DNA from: an uncultured Candidatus Rokubacteria bacterium
Lineage (GTDB): Bacteria; Methylomirabilota; Methylomirabilia; Rokubacteriales; DASRDR01
Reading direction: 5' to 3'
DNA: 64,000 nt
Assembly (NCBI GenBank): GCA_963805625.1
Contig: CAWDVE010000017.1
Coordinates: 832,001-896,000, forward strand
Below, piece after piece: positions 37,561-47,031 of this stretch. How positions within the stretch are numbered: the first letter of the stretch is position 1; each line of letters begins with the position of its first letter. The notes beneath the pieces were generated by a model. It ran no database searches and was not told the DNA's origin. It saw only the letters and a list, made by a program, of their open reading frames with translations. The position numbers were made by a program, and so were the translations under genes.

Positions 37561-39792
37561 TCAGGGTCGCGGCCCCCAGCGGAACGCGGTGAGGAGGCTC
37601 GCGAAGCTGTCGGTCCAGGGGGCCAGATCCGGCGGCGCCGCCGGCGCCTTCCAGAGGGCGTCATCCCGGAGGGCGCCCAGGTCCTCCTCCCGGCGCGCCA
37701 TCGCCACCCACTGCGACTCCACCTTCCCGGCCAGGCGCTCGGCGTCGTCGACGTGGGCGTCGTCCCGGGTACGCGCGACGAGCCCGGCCGCCCGGGCGAT
37801 GGCGCCGAGCACCGGCTCCAGCACGAGGTGGCGGTTCGAGATGTTGAGGAAGATCATGCCGCCGGGCGCGAGCTTCGAGAGATAGAGCCGGACCGCGTCG
37901 AGCGTGATGAGATGCAGCGGCGGCGAATCCGAGCTGTAGGCGTCGAGGATGATGAGGTCGTACGCAGCGTCCGGCGCGCGAGCCAGCGTGAGGCGAGCGT
38001 CGCCCAGGATGACGAACATCTTCGGGGGGCAGTCGCGCAGGAAGGTGAAGAAGCGCGTGTTGCTGGCGATCCGGAACACGGTGGGATCGATCTCGTAGAA
38101 CGTCCATCGCTGGTCCGGCGTGCCGTAGCATGCGAGCGACCCCGCGCCCAGACCCACGACGGCCACCGTGCGCCAGGGAGACGGCGCCTCGGTCGGCCCG
38201 AAGAAGTGGCCGAGGGGCCCCTTCGCGTGGTAGTAGGTCAGCGGCTCTCGCCGTCGCGCCGGGGCGAGCGACTGCATGCCGTGGAGCGTCGTCCCGTGCA
38301 TCAGCATGTGGTAGTCGTTGTTAGGGCTGCGCGTGACGCGCGAGACGCCGAAGAAGCTCCGCTCCGCGAAGAGCAGGCGACCCTCTTCCCCGCGATAGAC
38401 CGAGCCGGCGAGGAGCAGCGCCGCGAGCCCGAGCGCGAACCGGAGCGGTCGCCGCCAGAAGGTGAGGCAGCCAAGCGTCACCAGACCCACGGTGGGGCCG
38501 ATGGCCTCGGGCCCCATCTCCGCACGCTCAAGACCCACGATCAGCGCCACGGTGACGACTCCCAGGCCGAGCGGGAGCGCGATGTCGAGCACCTGGCGGG
38601 TGCGACCGTGCCATGCGGCCGCTGACCGCGATGGCAGGAGCGGGAGCAGCGCCAGAACCAGCGGGTACTCCAGGACGTTCGTGAACATGAGCGGCGCAAC
38701 GAGCGCGGTGAATCCGCCGCCGACGACGCCGCCGACCGCCAGCCATAGGTAGAAGGCCGTCAGGTGACGCGGGTCGGGCCGGTCGCGGGCGAGCTCGCCG
38801 TGGCAGACCATCGCGGCGACGAAGAACGTCACGAGATGAGTGGGAATGACCAGTGCGAGGGGCTCGTTTGCCCGGGCGACAAGCACCAGCACCAGGGGGA
38901 GCAGGGCGATGGGGAGAAGCTCGACCCAGACGCGGTGCGGGATGAGCCGTCGTCGGCCGAACACGAAGGCGAACGTCAGCAGGTAGATCGCCAGCGGCAC
39001 GATCCAGAGCAGCGGGATCGCCGCGATGTCGGTGGAGAGGTACGTCGTCACGCTGAGCATCAGGCTGGACGGCACGGCCGCGAGGAGGACCCAGCGAGCG
39101 CGCCGGCCGGGGGTGATCGGCCGGTCTGCGTCGCCGAGCTCGGCGGCGGCGAGCGGGGCCATCGTCGCCGCGTTCCCGGGCTCCGCCCCACGGTTGGCCG
39201 CCCCCGCTCGCCAGAGCGCGAGCGCGCAGCCGGCGGCGAGCACGACAAGGGTCCCGTAGCCCCACGCCCAGAGGCGACTCTGGGAGTCCAGATGGACGAA
39301 GCGCTCGACGAGCACCGGGTACGCGAGGAGCGCCAGCATGCTGCCGACGTTGCTCGCGGCGTAGAGCACGTACGGGTCCCGCGCGGCCGGGTGGCCCGTT
39401 GCCGCGAACCAGGCCTGCAGGACCGGGCTGGTCGCGGATACCGCGAAGAAGGGTAGTCCGACGGCGGCAGCGAGGAGCGCGAGGAGCCAGGGGATGGGAC
39501 TTGTGTCGCCGGGAGGGATCCAGCCCGCCGGCAGCGCGATCGGCAGCGCAAGGAGCGGCACGAGCAGGATGAGGAGGTGGAGACCGGCCTGCCGGCGAGC
39601 TCCGAGCCAGCGCGTCGTGACGTGCGCGTAGGCGTAGCCGGCCAGCAAGACCGCCTGGTAGAACACCATCGCCGTGTTCCAGACAGCCGGCGCGCCTCCG
39701 AGGAGCGGCAGCGCCATCCGCGCGAACATGGGCTGGACCAGGAACAGGAGGCTGGCAGCAGCGAAGATCGTCGCCCCGAAGAGGATCAGCAC
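37561..39792 (-). CDS. Fused MFS-like membrane domain / spermidine synthase-like methyltransferase
   Basis: LLFLVQP..A...LP.LGG.PAVWNT, YAASNVGS, P.LW..PL..YLL.F, CHGELA..RP, RSFFG, HGTTLHG.Q, VGLGAG, YEIDP, GDAR, DAYSSD, WTD. Confidence 0.9.
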   Translation of the reverse strand: MLILFGATIFAAASLLFLVQPMFARMALPLLGGAPAVWNTAMVFYQAVLLAGYAYAHVTTRWLGARRQAGLHLLILLVPLLALPIALPAGWIPPGDTSPIPWLLALLAAAVGLPFFAVSATSPVLQAWFAATGHPAARDPYVLYAASNVGSMLALLAYPVLVERFVHLDSQSRLWAWGYGTLVVLAAGCALALWRAGAANRGAEPGNAATMAPLAAAELGDADRPITPGRRARWVLLAAVPSSLMLSVTTYLSTDIAAIPLLWIVPLAIYLLTFAFVFGRRRLIPHRVWVELLPIALLPLVLVLVARANEPLALVIPTHLVTFFVAAMVCHGELARDRPDPRHLTAFYLWLAVGGVVGGGFTALVAPLMFTNVLEYPLVLALLPLLPSRSAAAWHGRTRQVLDIALPLGLGVVTVALIVGLERAEMGPEAIGPTVGLVTLGCLTFWRRPLRFALGLAALLLAGSVYRGEEGRLLFAERSFFGVSRVTRSPNNDYHMLMHGTTLHGMQSLAPARRREPLTYYHAKGPLGHFFGPTEAPSPWRTVAVVGLGAGSLACYGTPDQRWTFYEIDPTVFRIASNTRFFTFLRDCPPKMFVILGDARLTLARAPDAAYDLIILDAYSSDSPPLHLITLDAVRLYLSKLAPGGMIFLNISNRHLVLEPVLGAIARAAGLVARTRDDAHVDDAERLAGKVESQWVAMARREEDLGALRDDALWKAPAAPPDLAPWTDSFASLLTAFRWGPRP

Positions 39793-39908
39793 GCCCGTTC
39801 CCGGCGTCCGATCTCAGGCATGTCTGCCCGCGAGGTCACGGGCGAACGGGTGCATACTGGGGACGGATCACGCGGGCCCGCGCGATCCTCGCGAGGAGGG
39901 GGCAAGAG

Positions 39909-40298
39909 ATGGGCTTCGTGATCCGGGCGCTCGTCAACGCCGTGGCCATCTGGCTTGCCACGGAGGTCGTTCCCGGCATCGAGGCGCGGGGCGCGGTCAC
40001 GGTGATCGTGGCGGCGATGGTGCTCGGCCTGATCAATGCCATCGTGCGCCCGGTCCTTCTCGTGCTGACCCTGCCGTTGACCCTGGTGACGCTTGGCCTC
40101 TTCCTGTTCGTCCTCAACGCCGTGTGTCTCTGGCTCACCTCGGCGATCGTGCCGGGGTTCGAGGTGCGGGGGTTCTGGCCGGCCTTCTGGGGCGCGCTGA
40201 TCGTGAGCGCGCTCAGCTGGGCGGTGAACGGCTTCGTGAGCGACCGCGGCCGCGTCGTCGTCATCACCCACCGCGAGCACGCGGCGCCGCGCCGGTAG
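39909..40298 (+). CDS. Phage holin family / YvlD-type 4TM membrane protein
   Basis: GLINAIVRPVL..LTLP....TLGLF..VLNA, PGFEV.GFW.AF.GA. Confidence 0.88.
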   Translation: MGFVIRALVNAVAIWLATEVVPGIEARGAVTVIVAAMVLGLINAIVRPVLLVLTLPLTLVTLGLFLFVLNAVCLWLTSAIVPGFEVRGFWPAFWGALIVSALSWAVNGFVSDRGRVVVITHREHAAPRR

Positions 40299-40323
40299 CT
40301 CGCTCCGCTCGGCCCGGCGGGCC

Positions 40324-41364
40324 TCACCAGGGCCGGGTCTCGCCGTGGCGCAGGATCCAGATCCGCTCGGGGCCGAGGCTCAAGCGCCGTCCCTCCGCCT
40401 CCGTGCGGACCGGGGGCTCGCCGAGCGGCTCGCTCGCGAGGTTGAACGTCCCCCAATGGATGGCCACCAGGCGCCGCGCGCCGATGTCGTCGAAGACCTG
40501 GAGCGCTTCCTCGGGAGTGAGGTGCGAGAAGCGCATCATGGCCGGGGGCATATAGGCGCCGATGGGGATCGCGCCGAGATCGAAGGGGCCCAGGCGGCGG
40601 CCGATCTCCTGGAATATCGGCGCGTAGTAGCCAGTGTCCCCCGCGAAGTAGAATCGCCGGTCCTGTCCGAGCACCGCCCAGCTGGCCCAGAGCCGTCGGT
40701 TCTCGTCCCAGAGGGTGCGCGCGCTCCAGTGCTGGGTAGGCAGGCACACGACCGTGAGGCCCTTGATGGTCCGGGTCTCCCACCAGTCGAGCTCGTCCAC
40801 GTCGTCGATCCCGAGTTCCGCGAACCAGGCCTTGAGGCCGAGCGGCACGAGGAAGCGGGGCCGGTGGGCGGCCCAGAGGCGCTCGACCGTCGAGACGTCC
40901 AGGTGGTCGTAGTGCTCATGCGAGATGAGGACGAGGTCGATTGGCGGCAGGTCCTCGAAGCGGACGCCGGGCGGCACGACCCGGCGTGGCCCGGCGAACG
41001 ACACGGGGCTGGCTCGCTCCGACCACTGAGGATCGGTCAGGAAGCTCACCCCGTCCAGCTGGACCAGGAGTGTCGAGTGCCCCACCCACGTCACGGTTGG
41101 CGCACCGCCGCTCTCCCGGAGGGCCTGTCCGTCGTTCGGAGTGACCGGGAAGCTCTCACGGGCCGAGAAGGTGGACTTCAGGAGGCGGGGGATGACGAAC
41201 GTCCACCGCGTCCAGAAGTCGGGTCGCGCGTACGCGGGGTTGAGATTGCGGAATCCGCCCTCGAGGTGATGCGGTGGACCGCCGGGCTTCGGCGAGCCCG
41301 GGCTCTGGCACCCTGTCGTGAGGACCGCGACGAGGCCCAGGAGGGCAGGGAGAGCGAGCGTCAC
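40324..41364 (-). CDS. MBL-fold metallo-hydrolase (NAPE-PLD/RomA-like), probable lipoprotein
   Basis: TWVGHST, LTDP.WS.RASP, ISHEHYDHLD, QHWSAR, FAGDTGY, PIGAY, IHWGTF; lipobox LTTGC. Confidence 0.9.
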   Translation of the reverse strand: MTLALPALLGLVAVLTTGCQSPGSPKPGGPPHHLEGGFRNLNPAYARPDFWTRWTFVIPRLLKSTFSARESFPVTPNDGQALRESGGAPTVTWVGHSTLLVQLDGVSFLTDPQWSERASPVSFAGPRRVVPPGVRFEDLPPIDLVLISHEHYDHLDVSTVERLWAAHRPRFLVPLGLKAWFAELGIDDVDELDWWETRTIKGLTVVCLPTQHWSARTLWDENRRLWASWAVLGQDRRFYFAGDTGYYAPIFQEIGRRLGPFDLGAIPIGAYMPPAMMRFSHLTPEEALQVFDDIGARRLVAIHWGTFNLASEPLGEPPVRTEAEGRRLSLGPERIWILRHGETRPW

Positions 41365-41521
41365 GTCGCGAGTATACGCGAGTGATGCGACGGTCCGAGG
41401 CTTGACGCCGAAAGACCGGGGGAGTATCGGAGATCCTGGCGGAGGTCCGTCGATCGCGGCGCGGAGGGCCGGCATCCGCGACCCGGCGCCGCACCCACCT
41501 CGACGCAGGGGAGGCTGACCG

Positions 41522-42271
41522 GTGAGCTGGTTCGGACGCGTCGTCCCTGGCCTGGCGCTGGGCCTCGCGGTGATGGCCGCCGCGGGCGTCGTGCTGGCCG
41601 GGCCTGGCTATCGATTCGGATGGTGGGGCCTCGGCCCGGCCTTCTCGCTGTTGCGCTCGAGTGCGGCGCTGGGTCTCGGGGCTGGCGCGGTCGCCGTCGT
41701 GGCGATCGTGGTGGGCGGGGCTCAACGCTCCCGGCGGCGGCTCGGACTCGGGATCCTCGCCCTGGCCATCGCGCTGGCCGCGTTCGCGATCCCCTGGCGG
41801 ATGCAGGCGCAGGCGCGTCGCGTCCCGCCGATCCACGACGTCACGACCGACCCCGAGGATCCGCCCGCGTTCGTGGCGGTCGTCGCCCGCCGCTCGGGCG
41901 CGTGGAACCCGGTGGACTACGCTGGTCCCGCGGTGGCTGCTCAGCAACGGGCTGCCTATCCGGACCTCGTGCCGCTCGACCTGGCCGCGCCGCCCGAGCG
42001 CGTCTTTCCGGCGGCCGAGGCGGCCGCGCGGGGTCTCGGCTGGGAGATCGTGGGGACGGTGCCGGCGGAGGGGCGGCTCGAGGCGACGGCCACGACGCCC
42101 TGGTTCGGCTTCAAGGACGACGTCGTCGTGAGGGTCCGGGCCCGAGGCACCGGCAGCCGAGTCGACGTCCGCTCGCTCTCACGGATCGGCATCGGCGACC
42201 TCGGTGCCAACGCCGCGCGCATCCGCGCGTTTCTCGACCGCATGCGGGCGAGCGGCCCTCCCGTGGCGTGA
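41522..42271 (+). CDS. DUF1499 domain membrane protein
   Basis: Three N-terminal TM segments, PPIHDVTTD, Q..AYPD..PL, EATATT.WFGFKDDVVVRV, VDVRS.SR.G.GDLG.NA.RI. Confidence 0.9.
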   Translation: MSWFGRVVPGLALGLAVMAAAGVVLAGPGYRFGWWGLGPAFSLLRSSAALGLGAGAVAVVAIVVGGAQRSRRRLGLGILALAIALAAFAIPWRMQAQARRVPPIHDVTTDPEDPPAFVAVVARRSGAWNPVDYAGPAVAAQQRAAYPDLVPLDLAAPPERVFPAAEAAARGLGWEIVGTVPAEGRLEATATTPWFGFKDDVVVRVRARGTGSRVDVRSLSRIGIGDLGANAARIRAFLDRMRASGPPVA

Positions 42272-42304
42272 TTTCTCGAGGCGGGGTAATCTGATGTCCA
42301 CACC

Positions 42305-43462
42305 ATGAGGGAGCAGCCGTACGCATCCGCCGGGGCCGTGTCCCGGCGCGCGTTCGTGGTCCAGGTCGGCGCCGCCGCGACGCTGCTCGGTACCGGGCTG
42401 CCGGCGCTCGCCCAGGCCCCGACCCCGGTGCCCGGCAAGGACAAGCTGATCGTCCGGAGCCCGCGGCCGATCAACCTGGAGACGCCGCTCCACGAGCTGA
42501 CCACCGATGTCACGCCCACCGACCTCTTCTTCGTCCGGAACAACTATGACGGCCCGGTCATCAACCCGGCGGCGTACGTCCTCACCGTGGATGGCGAGGT
42601 TGAGAACCCGCTGACGCTGCGCCTCGACGACCTCAAGCGCATGGAGCCGGTGACCCAAACCATCACGCTCGAGTGCGCGGGGAACGGTCGGAGCTTCCAC
42701 ATGCCGCCGGCGCCGGGGATCCAGTGGGAGCGCGGCGCGATCGGGACGGCGGTGTGGCGCGGGGTCCGGCTCGCCGACGTGCTCCGACTCGCCCGACCGC
42801 GACCGACGGCCCAGCACGTCGTCCCCGACGGGAACGACGCCCCCCCGACGCCGCAGGCGCCGGACTTCATCCGGAGCCATCCCATCTCGAAGGCGATGGA
42901 GCCGCACACGATGGTCGCGCTGGAGATGAACGGCCAACCCGTGCCGCACCTTCACGGCGGGCCGGTCCGCTTGCTGGTGCCCGGCTGGGTCGGCTCGGCG
43001 TCGATCAAGTGGCTGACCCGGCTCACGCTCGCCGACAAGGAGTGGGGCGGCCCGTTCATGGCGCGAAGCTACCGGTCGCCGCGCGTCGACGACCCGACTC
43101 AGACGTACTCGCTCCAGTCGCTCGAGTGCAAGTCGGTCGTCGTGGCGCCGGCCGACGGGGCGCAGCTCGCGACCGGGCCCCAGACGGTCACCGGGTTCGC
43201 GTGGTCGGGTGAGGGGACGATCGTCGCCGTCGACGTCTCCACGGACGGTGGCCAGACCTGGCAGCTAGCGAGACTGACGGGAGCGGAGTCCCGCTACGCG
43301 TGGCGCCGCTGGGAGCTCGCATGGACGGCGCCGGCGGGGACGCACACGCTCATGGCGCGGGCGAGCGACTCGCTGGGGCGGTACCAGCCGGCGAGCCGGC
43401 CCCGTGACCCACAGGGCTATCGCTGGAACGTGATCCACGCGATCCGGGTGAATGTCGCGTAG
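42305..43462 (+). CDS. sorA: Sulfite oxidase family molybdoenzyme (SorA/SoxC-like), Tat-exported
   Basis: SRRAFV Tat signal, NLETP, FFVRN, LECAGNGR (Mo-ligand Cys), W.GV.L, MNG.P.P..HG.P.RL.VPGW.G..S.KWL, C-terminal Mo-co dimer domain. Confidence 0.85.
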   Translation: MREQPYASAGAVSRRAFVVQVGAAATLLGTGLPALAQAPTPVPGKDKLIVRSPRPINLETPLHELTTDVTPTDLFFVRNNYDGPVINPAAYVLTVDGEVENPLTLRLDDLKRMEPVTQTITLECAGNGRSFHMPPAPGIQWERGAIGTAVWRGVRLADVLRLARPRPTAQHVVPDGNDAPPTPQAPDFIRSHPISKAMEPHTMVALEMNGQPVPHLHGGPVRLLVPGWVGSASIKWLTRLTLADKEWGGPFMARSYRSPRVDDPTQTYSLQSLECKSVVVAPADGAQLATGPQTVTGFAWSGEGTIVAVDVSTDGGQTWQLARLTGAESRYAWRRWELAWTAPAGTHTLMARASDSLGRYQPASRPRDPQGYRWNVIHAIRVNVA

Positions 43463-43748
43463 CCGGAGTGCCGTTCTCCCGGCGGCGCTCGCGGTGGGGC
43501 TCGCCGTCGGGCTGGCGACCGGGCGGCCGGCCGCCCAGCCGGCCAACCCGCTTCCGCCAGGCGAGCACATGACGCTCGTCCTGGGGGCCTGCATCATGTG
43601 CCACAGTCCCGAGATGGTCGCCCAGCAGCGCCTCGATCGGCCCACCTGGCAGGCGATCGTCGACCGCATGATCACCTACGGCGCGCCCATCACACCCGAG
43701 ACGAGGCCGCTCATCCTCGAGTACCTTGCGACACGGCTCGGCCCGTGA
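43452..43748 (+). CDS. sorB: Small monoheme cytochrome c (SorB-like)
   Basis: Signal peptide, LPPG, CIMCH heme motif, W..IVDRM..YGAP, I..YL. Confidence 0.82.
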   Translation: MSRSRSAVLPAALAVGLAVGLATGRPAAQPANPLPPGEHMTLVLGACIMCHSPEMVAQQRLDRPTWQAIVDRMITYGAPITPETRPLILEYLATRLGP

Positions 43749-44509
43749 GCCGGAACGGGGATCACCGCCTCGTCGAGGCGTGTGCCCAGCCGGGCTGCCC
43801 CGTCTGCGGGTGTCTCCGCGACGTGGCGGTCCGGCACCTCGCAGCCGTCCTGGCGGAGCACGTGACGGACCCGCTCTCCCGGGCCCGTCTCGCCGAGGCG
43901 TGGGGCTTCTGCGCGGCCCACGCGACGGCCCTCCGCGAGATGCCCGAGGTCGCGCTGGGAACGGCGATCATCTACCAGGCCCTCATCGAGCGGGCGTGCC
44001 AGTGGCTGGACGAGGCGGCGCGCGCCGTGGCCGCGCCTGCCCGACAACGCGGGTGGCGGGCGCTGGTGGGTAGGTCGCGCGCGGCAGGCAGCGAGTCGCG
44101 ACCCCGCCGCGCGCGCTGTCCGGTGTGCGTGGAACTGGTCGTGGCGGAGCGGTGTCACCTTGACGCGCTCCTCGCGGGTCTCGCGGACCCGACGCTCGGC
44201 CCTGCCTATGCGTCCTCCGACGGGCTGTGCCTCCCGCACCTCGAGCTGGCGCTCGGGCGCGCCGGGGCGGGCCCCGCGGCCGCGCAGCTCGTCGGCCTGG
44301 CCCGGGAGAAGCTCCGAGCGCTTGCCGCCGACCTCGGGCGGTTCGTCGACAAGCACGATCATCGTGTGCGACCGACCTTCACCGACCGCGAGGCCGCCGC
44401 GTGGCGCCAGGCGCTCGCGCTCGTGGCCGGCCGGATGGAGCTGTTCGGCCCCGAGATGGAGCGCAGCGGCGCCGGCGCCAGGTCTCCGCGCGCGAGGAGG
44501 TCGCGGTGA
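43745..44509 (+). CDS. DUF6062-like Cys/His-rich putative zinc-binding protein
   Basis: Two repeats of CPVC...(GF/GL)CxxH and a KHDHR motif; GTG overlaps the upstream TGA. Confidence 0.7.
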   Translation: MSRNGDHRLVEACAQPGCPVCGCLRDVAVRHLAAVLAEHVTDPLSRARLAEAWGFCAAHATALREMPEVALGTAIIYQALIERACQWLDEAARAVAAPARQRGWRALVGRSRAAGSESRPRRARCPVCVELVVAERCHLDALLAGLADPTLGPAYASSDGLCLPHLELALGRAGAGPAAAQLVGLAREKLRALAADLGRFVDKHDHRVRPTFTDREAAAWRQALALVAGRMELFGPEMERSGAGARSPRARRSR

Positions 44510-45303
44510 CCCTGGAAGCGATCCCCGGCCTCCGGCGCGCACTGATCGGAATGGTCCACCTCCTCCCGCTGCCCGGCAGCCCTCGCTGGGGCGGGTCGCT
44601 CGACGCGGTGGTCGAGCGCGCCGTGGCCGACGCCCGCGCGCTCGAGGCGGGCGGCTTCCATGCCTGCCTCGTGGAGAACTTCGGGGACGCGCCCTTCAGC
44701 CCGGGTCGAGCCGATCCGGCGACCGTCGCGGCCACGGCGATCACCGCCGGCGAGGTGCGTCGCGCTGTGCGCCTGCCGGTCGGGATCAACGTGCTCAAGA
44801 ACGACGCCCAGGCGGCGCTGGCGGTGGCGGCGGCGGTGGGCGCGACGTTCGTTCGGGTCAACGTGCACGTGGGCGCCGTCGTTGCCGACCAGGGCGTGCT
44901 CGAGGGCGACGCGTACGGGACCTTGCGCTACCGGCGGCTCCTCGGAACGGCGACCCGCCTCTTCGTCGACGTCGGCGGCAAGCACGCGGTCCCGCTCGCC
45001 CCGGTCGAGCTCAAGCAGGTCGCGCGCGACGCCGCCTATCGGGGGCTCGCGGACACCCTCGTCGTCTCGGGCGTCGCGACCGGCGAGCCGACGCCGCTCG
45101 GGGACGTCAAGCGCGTGCGCGCCGCGGTGCCCGACCGGCCGATCCTCGTCGGCTCCGGGGTCGAGCCCGAGACGGTGGCCGAGCTCCTGCGGGTCGCCGA
45201 CGGCGCCATCGTCGGGACCTGGGTCAAGCGCGAGGGCCGGACGACCGCGCCCGTCGACCCCGACCGCGTCGCGGCCCTCGCCCGCGCCGCCCGGGTGGAC
45301 TAG
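44506..45303 (+). CDS. btpA: BtpA/SgcQ family TIM-barrel protein
   Basis: IGMVHL.PLPGSP, ENFGD.PF, GINVL.ND, FVRVNV, KHA, VSG..TG, GSGV, ADGAIVGT. Confidence 0.92.
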   Translation: MTLEAIPGLRRALIGMVHLLPLPGSPRWGGSLDAVVERAVADARALEAGGFHACLVENFGDAPFSPGRADPATVAATAITAGEVRRAVRLPVGINVLKNDAQAALAVAAAVGATFVRVNVHVGAVVADQGVLEGDAYGTLRYRRLLGTATRLFVDVGGKHAVPLAPVELKQVARDAAYRGLADTLVVSGVATGEPTPLGDVKRVRAAVPDRPILVGSGVEPETVAELLRVADGAIVGTWVKREGRTTAPVDPDRVAALARAARVD

Positions 45304-45395
45304 GGTCCGCTCGCGCCGGCGTGTTTTCGAGCAGCCGGCATCTCCGGGCGCGCCGCTCACCAGATCGGGCACGCCGGTGGCCCGGTGAACCGTTG

Positions 45396-47012
45396 ATGAG
45401 CCGTCGCTCCTGGGTGCTGCCGCTCTCCGAGATCTCGGTAGGGGCACGGTTCCTGTGCCGGCTGCCTGCTTTCCTCCGCTACCGGATCGACGTTCCCTCG
45501 GCTCGCGCCATCCTTCGTCGTCGGCTGGAGCGGCGTGAGGACGATTTCCTGTCCCTCGTGCAGCGGGGTATCTACGAGCAGCCCCGCAGTCCCTACCGAC
45601 AGCTGCTGAGGCTGGCGGGGTGCGAGCACGGCGATCTGGTGAGGCTCGTGCGGCACCGCGGGCTCGAGGGAACGTTGCACGCGCTGCTGCGGCAGGGGGT
45701 GTACCTGACCGTCGACGAGCTGAAGGGACGACGAGCGATCGTGAGGGGCCGGACCTCGATCGAGGCGGACACTGACGGCTTCCTGAATCCGCTGGTGCGA
45801 GCCGACCTGCTCCGCTACCGAAGCGGAAGCCGCGGCAGCCAGGCTTCCGTACCCGTTGGTCTGGCCTCCATCCGCGAGCGCGCCGTGACGCTCTGCCTCA
45901 GCTACGACGCTCGTGGCGGGATCGGCTGGCAACACGGCTATTGGGAGGTCCCGGGTGGCGCCTCCATGGTGCACGTGCTCGAATGCCATCCGTTCCAGGG
46001 TCCGCCGGCGCGCTGGTTCTCCCAGCTCGATCCCGCGGCGCCCGGCCTGCATCCGCGGTACCGCTGGAGCGCGCGTCTCCTGTGCTGGGCGGCCGCGGCA
46101 GCCGGGGTCGACCTTCCTCGGCCCCGGTACGTGCCACTCGACGATCCTCTTCCGATCATCGAGTGGATGCTGGACGTGCGCCGCCAGGGTGCGACGCCCC
46201 ACCTCAAGACGTACGCGAGCTCAGCCGCCCGCCTGTGCCAGGTTGCCCACAAGCGCGGAGTCGATCTCGGCGGCGTCCGCTTCACGGTGACCGGCGAGCC
46301 CGTGACGGAGGCGCGGCTGGCGGCAATCCAGCGCACCGGGGCCGAGGCGACACCCCGGTGCGGCACCAGCGAGGCCGGGCTCATCGGGAGCGGCTGCCTG
46401 TCGCCCGAGGTGTGCGACGATCTCCACCTCTTCCACGACTTGAACGCCGTCATCCAGCCCGAATCGGGTGAGCCCGACGGGTTGACGCGTCGCGGCCTCC
46501 TGATCACGTCGCTCCGCCCGACGGCCCGGATGGTCCTGCTGAACGCGTCACTCGGCGACGAGGGCGTGCTTGACGCGCGGGAGTGCGGTTGCCCCATGGC
46601 GCGGCTGGGGTGGACCACCCATCTCCACTCGCTCCGGAGTTCCGAGAAGCTCACCGCCGCCGGGATGAGCTTCCTGGACCTCGATGTCGTCCGGGTCCTG
46701 GAGCGGGTGCTCCCGGAGCGCTTCGGCGGCGGTCCGACCGACTATCAGTTGGTGGAAGACGTGACCGGTGACGGCCGGTCGCGGCTGCGCCTTCTCGTTG
46801 ACCCAGCGGTCGGCCGGCTGGACGCCAAGGATGTTGCGCTGACCTTTTTGTCCGCGATCGGCCACGGGACCGGCGTGGAGCGCGTGATGGGGTTGCTGTG
46901 GCAGGAGGCCCGGCTGCTGGAGGTCGTGCGCCGCGCGCCTCTACTCACCCCCGCTGGCAAGATCCTGCATCTCCATCAGGAGCGCCCGCAGCCGACACGA
47001 TCGCGCCTATGA
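45396..47012 (+). CDS. Divergent ANL-superfamily (phenylacetate-CoA ligase-like) protein
   Basis: Degenerate P-loop RSGSRG, TGEP.T, GTSEAG, LLITSL, GD.G, CGC, SEKLT..G, C-terminal TPAGKILH. Confidence 0.6.
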   Translation: MSRRSWVLPLSEISVGARFLCRLPAFLRYRIDVPSARAILRRRLERREDDFLSLVQRGIYEQPRSPYRQLLRLAGCEHGDLVRLVRHRGLEGTLHALLRQGVYLTVDELKGRRAIVRGRTSIEADTDGFLNPLVRADLLRYRSGSRGSQASVPVGLASIRERAVTLCLSYDARGGIGWQHGYWEVPGGASMVHVLECHPFQGPPARWFSQLDPAAPGLHPRYRWSARLLCWAAAAAGVDLPRPRYVPLDDPLPIIEWMLDVRRQGATPHLKTYASSAARLCQVAHKRGVDLGGVRFTVTGEPVTEARLAAIQRTGAEATPRCGTSEAGLIGSGCLSPEVCDDLHLFHDLNAVIQPESGEPDGLTRRGLLITSLRPTARMVLLNASLGDEGVLDARECGCPMARLGWTTHLHSLRSSEKLTAAGMSFLDLDVVRVLERVLPERFGGGPTDYQLVEDVTGDGRSRLRLLVDPAVGRLDAKDVALTFLSAIGHGTGVERVMGLLWQEARLLEVVRRAPLLTPAGKILHLHQERPQPTRSRL

Positions 47013-47031
47013 CTCGAGGTCGCGGGGGACC

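Noticed and set aside
39909-40298. Phage holin family gene as a sign of a prophage
   Set aside because: It is the widespread chromosomal YvlD-type protein, and there are no phage genes or integrase nearby.
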